Notes under the pieces: generated by a model
The model's input: the letters and a program-made list of their open reading frames with translations, nothing else
Told to the model about the DNA's origin: nothing
Database searches by the model: none
Part shown: positions 61,355-64,000 of the stretch, piece after piece
Layout of the letters: the number at the start of each line of letters is the position of its first letter
How positions within the stretch are numbered: the first letter of the stretch is position 1
Position numbers and translations under genes: made by a program
DNA from: Candidatus Methanophagales archaeon ANME-1-THS
Lineage (GTDB): Archaea > Halobacteriota > Syntropharchaeia > Alkanophagales > Methanospirareceae
DNA length: 64,000 nucleotides
Direction of reading: 5' to 3'
Assembly: GCA_004212135.1 (NCBI GenBank)
Contig: RXIE01000127.1
Coordinates: 1,565 to 65,564, forward strand

Positions 61355-61630
61355 TCATAGAGGTGTTTATCCAGCAGACTATTCTTTCTCATATTCAAAT
61401 CACTTCATTATCAATTGGCTTCGGGTGATTTCGGACAACTTCGGTATATACGACATCAATCGTATATTTTCCCAAATTGGAATGACATCCGAAACTTACT
61501 TCGTATATACCTCCCTTTAGCTGATTATTACTCTTCATCTCCTTCAATCCCATCTCTAAATCTACGCGATTTCCAGTCGTGATTTTTCCAATCGAAGTTA
61601 AAAAGTTACTCTCTCCACGCCTCGCGCCAC

Positions 61631-62284
61631 TCACTCCAGTGGTATAGCGGTCTTCTCCTTCTCAATCTCTCGTGCTTTCTTCTTTATCCGCACACTGAGT
61701 ACCCCGTTTTTATAGGTTGCTTTTGCCGTCTCGGGCTTTACCAGCGTCTTGAACGCGACTTCCTTAAAATATCGTCGCCCATTTTCCGTCCTTATCTCTA
61801 ACGTGTCATCAGCAGCATGCAACTTTATATCCTTCTTCTCGACACCAGGCAGTTCAGCGACAACTTCGTACGAATCACCATGATCAATCACATCGACGAG
61901 CGGTTCGCGCTCACCGTTCGGAAAGGGCTCGATTCGTCTATGCGACGCTTTTATATTCCCAAATTCCTTTATCTCCGGCTCTTTACCCGGCTCTTTGGTG
62001 TAGGAGAACCCGTAAATAAACGGGCCATATCGTTTAACCTTACCTTCCGGCGTCTTCTCCTCGGTCATAAAACCCCTGAGTTCCTCCGGCATTCCCTCTT
62101 CTAACTTCCTCGCCATCTCCTCAAACGGGTCTCCAACCCATCCTCCTCTGTCTTCCTGGTCCTTCTTCGCCATCCGCGAGAAATTCTCCCGGGATACCGC
62201 CGGCTGGTTGCTCAAATCCTCGAAGATCCGCTCCATGTACCACTCGAGCAGATCAAAGATCGAGGGGCGCTTTCTCTTCTCCAT
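61631..62284 (-). CDS. hsp20: Archaeal small heat-shock protein Hsp20
   Basis: GPFIYGFS, EFGN, REPLVDV, AELPGVEK and ATYKNGVL motifs. Confidence 0.92.
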   Translation of the reverse strand: MEKRKRPSIFDLLEWYMERIFEDLSNQPAVSRENFSRMAKKDQEDRGGWVGDPFEEMARKLEEGMPEELRGFMTEEKTPEGKVKRYGPFIYGFSYTKEPGKEPEIKEFGNIKASHRRIEPFPNGEREPLVDVIDHGDSYEVVAELPGVEKKDIKLHAADDTLEIRTENGRRYFKEVAFKTLVKPETAKATYKNGVLSVRIKKKAREIEKEKTAIPLE

Positions 62285-62324
62285 AATTTATGCTTTACAA
62301 TGCATTCTTAAAAAGGTTCGAGCG

Positions 62325-63122
62325 TTAATCACAGCTCGTGCTCACGACTTTGACCGGTGCTTCACCCTTTAGCCCGGTGATCAGTTTCATCAACTCGTCC
62401 AGCTTCTCGGTGCGCCCTTCAACGCAGAGAACGACCGAGCCCTCACCACCATCCACGCCGCCTGCCCCTATGGGGAACGCATCATCAGCTCCCAAGATCT
62501 TTAATGCCTCGACTTCCGTGATTATCGTGCCATGCACGGGCATCAGTCCCACGGGCATCCCGACCGACTGGTAGAATGCTTCGATCCCCACGCGTTTCGC
62601 GGCTTCGGTGATCGAATAGGGGATCGTCTTTTCAATCCCAACGGGTATGATGAAGTGCACGCCCCGTGCCATCACGGTCCCGAGAGCAGACCCGATCGTG
62701 CCACCGGACCGATGGGCCATGTATATGCCGGCTGTTCCGGTTGCGTCCAGCGCATTTGCGCCCTTTATGAAGACATCGCCAGCAGCTAACTTCTCTATTG
62801 CTTGATCAATGCCCTCGTCGCTCAACGTGCCGTTCTTCAGTATTACTTCTTTCTCACGCTCCTCCTTGGGGACCACGCAGGTACCACGGTCAGTGAGGAC
62901 ACCTGCGGCATATCGCTGCTTATCTATTTTCCGCTGCGAGCCGGGCAGGAGCTTCAAAATCTCCTCGCTGATATACCCATTGGTAGTCCCGAGCGTTATG
63001 ATGATGGTCCCTTGCTTCAATGCTCGCTGTACTGCTTTCAACCGGGTTACCCCCTTTGCAATGAGCCGCTTCGATTCAGAAGGCGTCAGTGCGATCAATA
63101 TCTTCCTCTTTTCGATTGCCAT
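62325..63122 (-). CDS. Conserved hypothetical protein
   Basis: LTPSESKRLIAKG, GTTNGY, FIKGANALD and PVGIEK; long clean ORF coupled to hom. Confidence 0.75.
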   Translation of the reverse strand: MAIEKRKILIALTPSESKRLIAKGVTRLKAVQRALKQGTIIITLGTTNGYISEEILKLLPGSQRKIDKQRYAAGVLTDRGTCVVPKEEREKEVILKNGTLSDEGIDQAIEKLAAGDVFIKGANALDATGTAGIYMAHRSGGTIGSALGTVMARGVHFIIPVGIEKTIPYSITEAAKRVGIEAFYQSVGMPVGLMPVHGTIITEVEALKILGADDAFPIGAGGVDGGEGSVVLCVEGRTEKLDELMKLITGLKGEAPVKVVSTSCD

Positions 63123-63127
63123 ACTCC

Positions 63128-64000
63128 TCACTGCACCTTTTGGCTGTAAATGCCTATAAGATCAGAGAGCATTGCACTCGCGGCTTCTATCGGACCCGCA
63201 CCTTTGCCGATGACTGTGATATCCCCTGCCAGATCGGTTTTTATGGTTGCCACGTTCAAAATGCCCCCGACATTGAGGGGGTCGTCTTTCGGGACCAGCC
63301 GCGGCGCTACTTTCAGGTTGCCCTCACGGTCCACCTCGCCGATTAACTTGATCACGTAGCCTGCTTCGTCCGCGAGCGTTAGGGCATCAGGTGTGATCTC
63401 CGTGATGCCGGTTACCTCGACATCCTTGCAGGTTGCATTCCTGCCAAAGATGGAGTTCGCCAGGATCACGAGTTTCACCGCGGTGTCCACCCCTTCAACA
63501 TCCTGTGAAGGATTAGCCTCAGCGATTCCTATCTCCTGCGCCTCCTTTAGCACGTGCTCGTAGGGCAGCCCCTCTTCTGCCATTCTCGTGAGTATGTAGT
63601 TGCACGTGCCATTCAAAATACCCTTGATTGAGAGTATCTCATTCCCCGCGAGATCACCCTTCACCAATGAGAATATTGGCATAGCACCACCAACCGTGGC
63701 TTCGAATCGCAGTTCCTTCTCCTTCTTCGCCGCGAGCTCCATCAACCGCTTATACTCGACTGCGAGAGGGCCTTTATTCGAGGTCACCACATGCCGGCCT
63801 GACTCTAATGCGGTAATTATATGTGTTAATCCCGGCTCTCCTGTCTCGACATTCGTGGGTGTCGCCTCCACCATAACCTCGTGCTCCACATCTCGTATAA
63901 CCTCTACGCTCGTCATATCTGCCATCGTGCCCATGCTTTTATGCCCGGTCTTGAGTGCCTTTATAGCCTCCTCGGAGACACCATTCTCGTCCACAATGAC
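63128..64000 (-). CDS. hom: Homoserine dehydrogenase (3' part; start outside the window)
   Basis: [35 protein letters not shown] and GKGAG motifs. Confidence 0.96.
   Translation of the reverse strand, partial: VIVDENGVSEEAIKALKTGHKSMGTMADMTSVEVIRDVEHEVMVEATPTNVETGEPGLTHIITALESGRHVVTSNKGPLAVEYKRLMELAAKKEKELRFEATVGGAMPIFSLVKGDLAGNEILSIKGILNGTCNYILTRMAEEGLPYEHVLKEAQEIGIAEANPSQDVEGVDTAVKLVILANSIFGRNATCKDVEVTGITEITPDALTLADEAGYVIKLIGEVDREGNLKVAPRLVPKDDPLNVGGILNVATIKTDLAGDITVIGKGAGPIEAASAMLSDLIGIYSQKVQ

Noticed and set aside
61395-61634. 79-aa ORF downstream of hsp20
   Set aside because: No motifs; it lies in an AT-rich decayed segment and cannot be supported as a gene.

Overview
This is an archaeal chromosomal window. 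The gene set (coenzyme M pathway, HdrC/B-like gene, PGF-CTERM proteins, aIF2-gamma, L40e, Cgi121, paired PurP) fits a methane/alkane-cycling Halobacteriota lineage; ANME-1/Methanophagales-like is my inference. Left to right: the CRISPR adaptation module cas1-cas2-cas4 (no array inside the window); a secreted metzincin with two paralogous membrane-anchored partners next to tRNA-Leu(UAA); purine and riboflavin genes; a decayed AT-rich islet; a UbiA/MMPL/B12-radical-SAM block; housekeeping genes (aroC, aIF2-gamma, clpB, cgi121, asd, rpl40e); a [NiFe]-hydrogenase locus resembling group 1h, with hypFCD, protease, hypA, an Mrp-type ATPase and hypE, interrupted by a broken AAA/TOPRIM-like cassette; a phosphate-uptake block (pit, pstS-phosphoesterase-pstCAB-phoU); and a coenzyme M block (regulator, hdrCB-like fusion, marker-16/comF, cysteate synthase, comDE, sulfonate-type ABC importer). 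The most striking observations are: (1) the same 45-nt double-hairpin element inserted in frame in two adjacent CoM enzymes; (2) a ~50-bp promoter/operator shared by the CoM-synthesis and ABC-importer units; (3) the HdrB CCG motif overwritten by a 21-nt copy of the next gene; (4) an aIF2-gamma gene lacking a canonical start codon. All family calls come from motif recognition by eye; no database searches were run.
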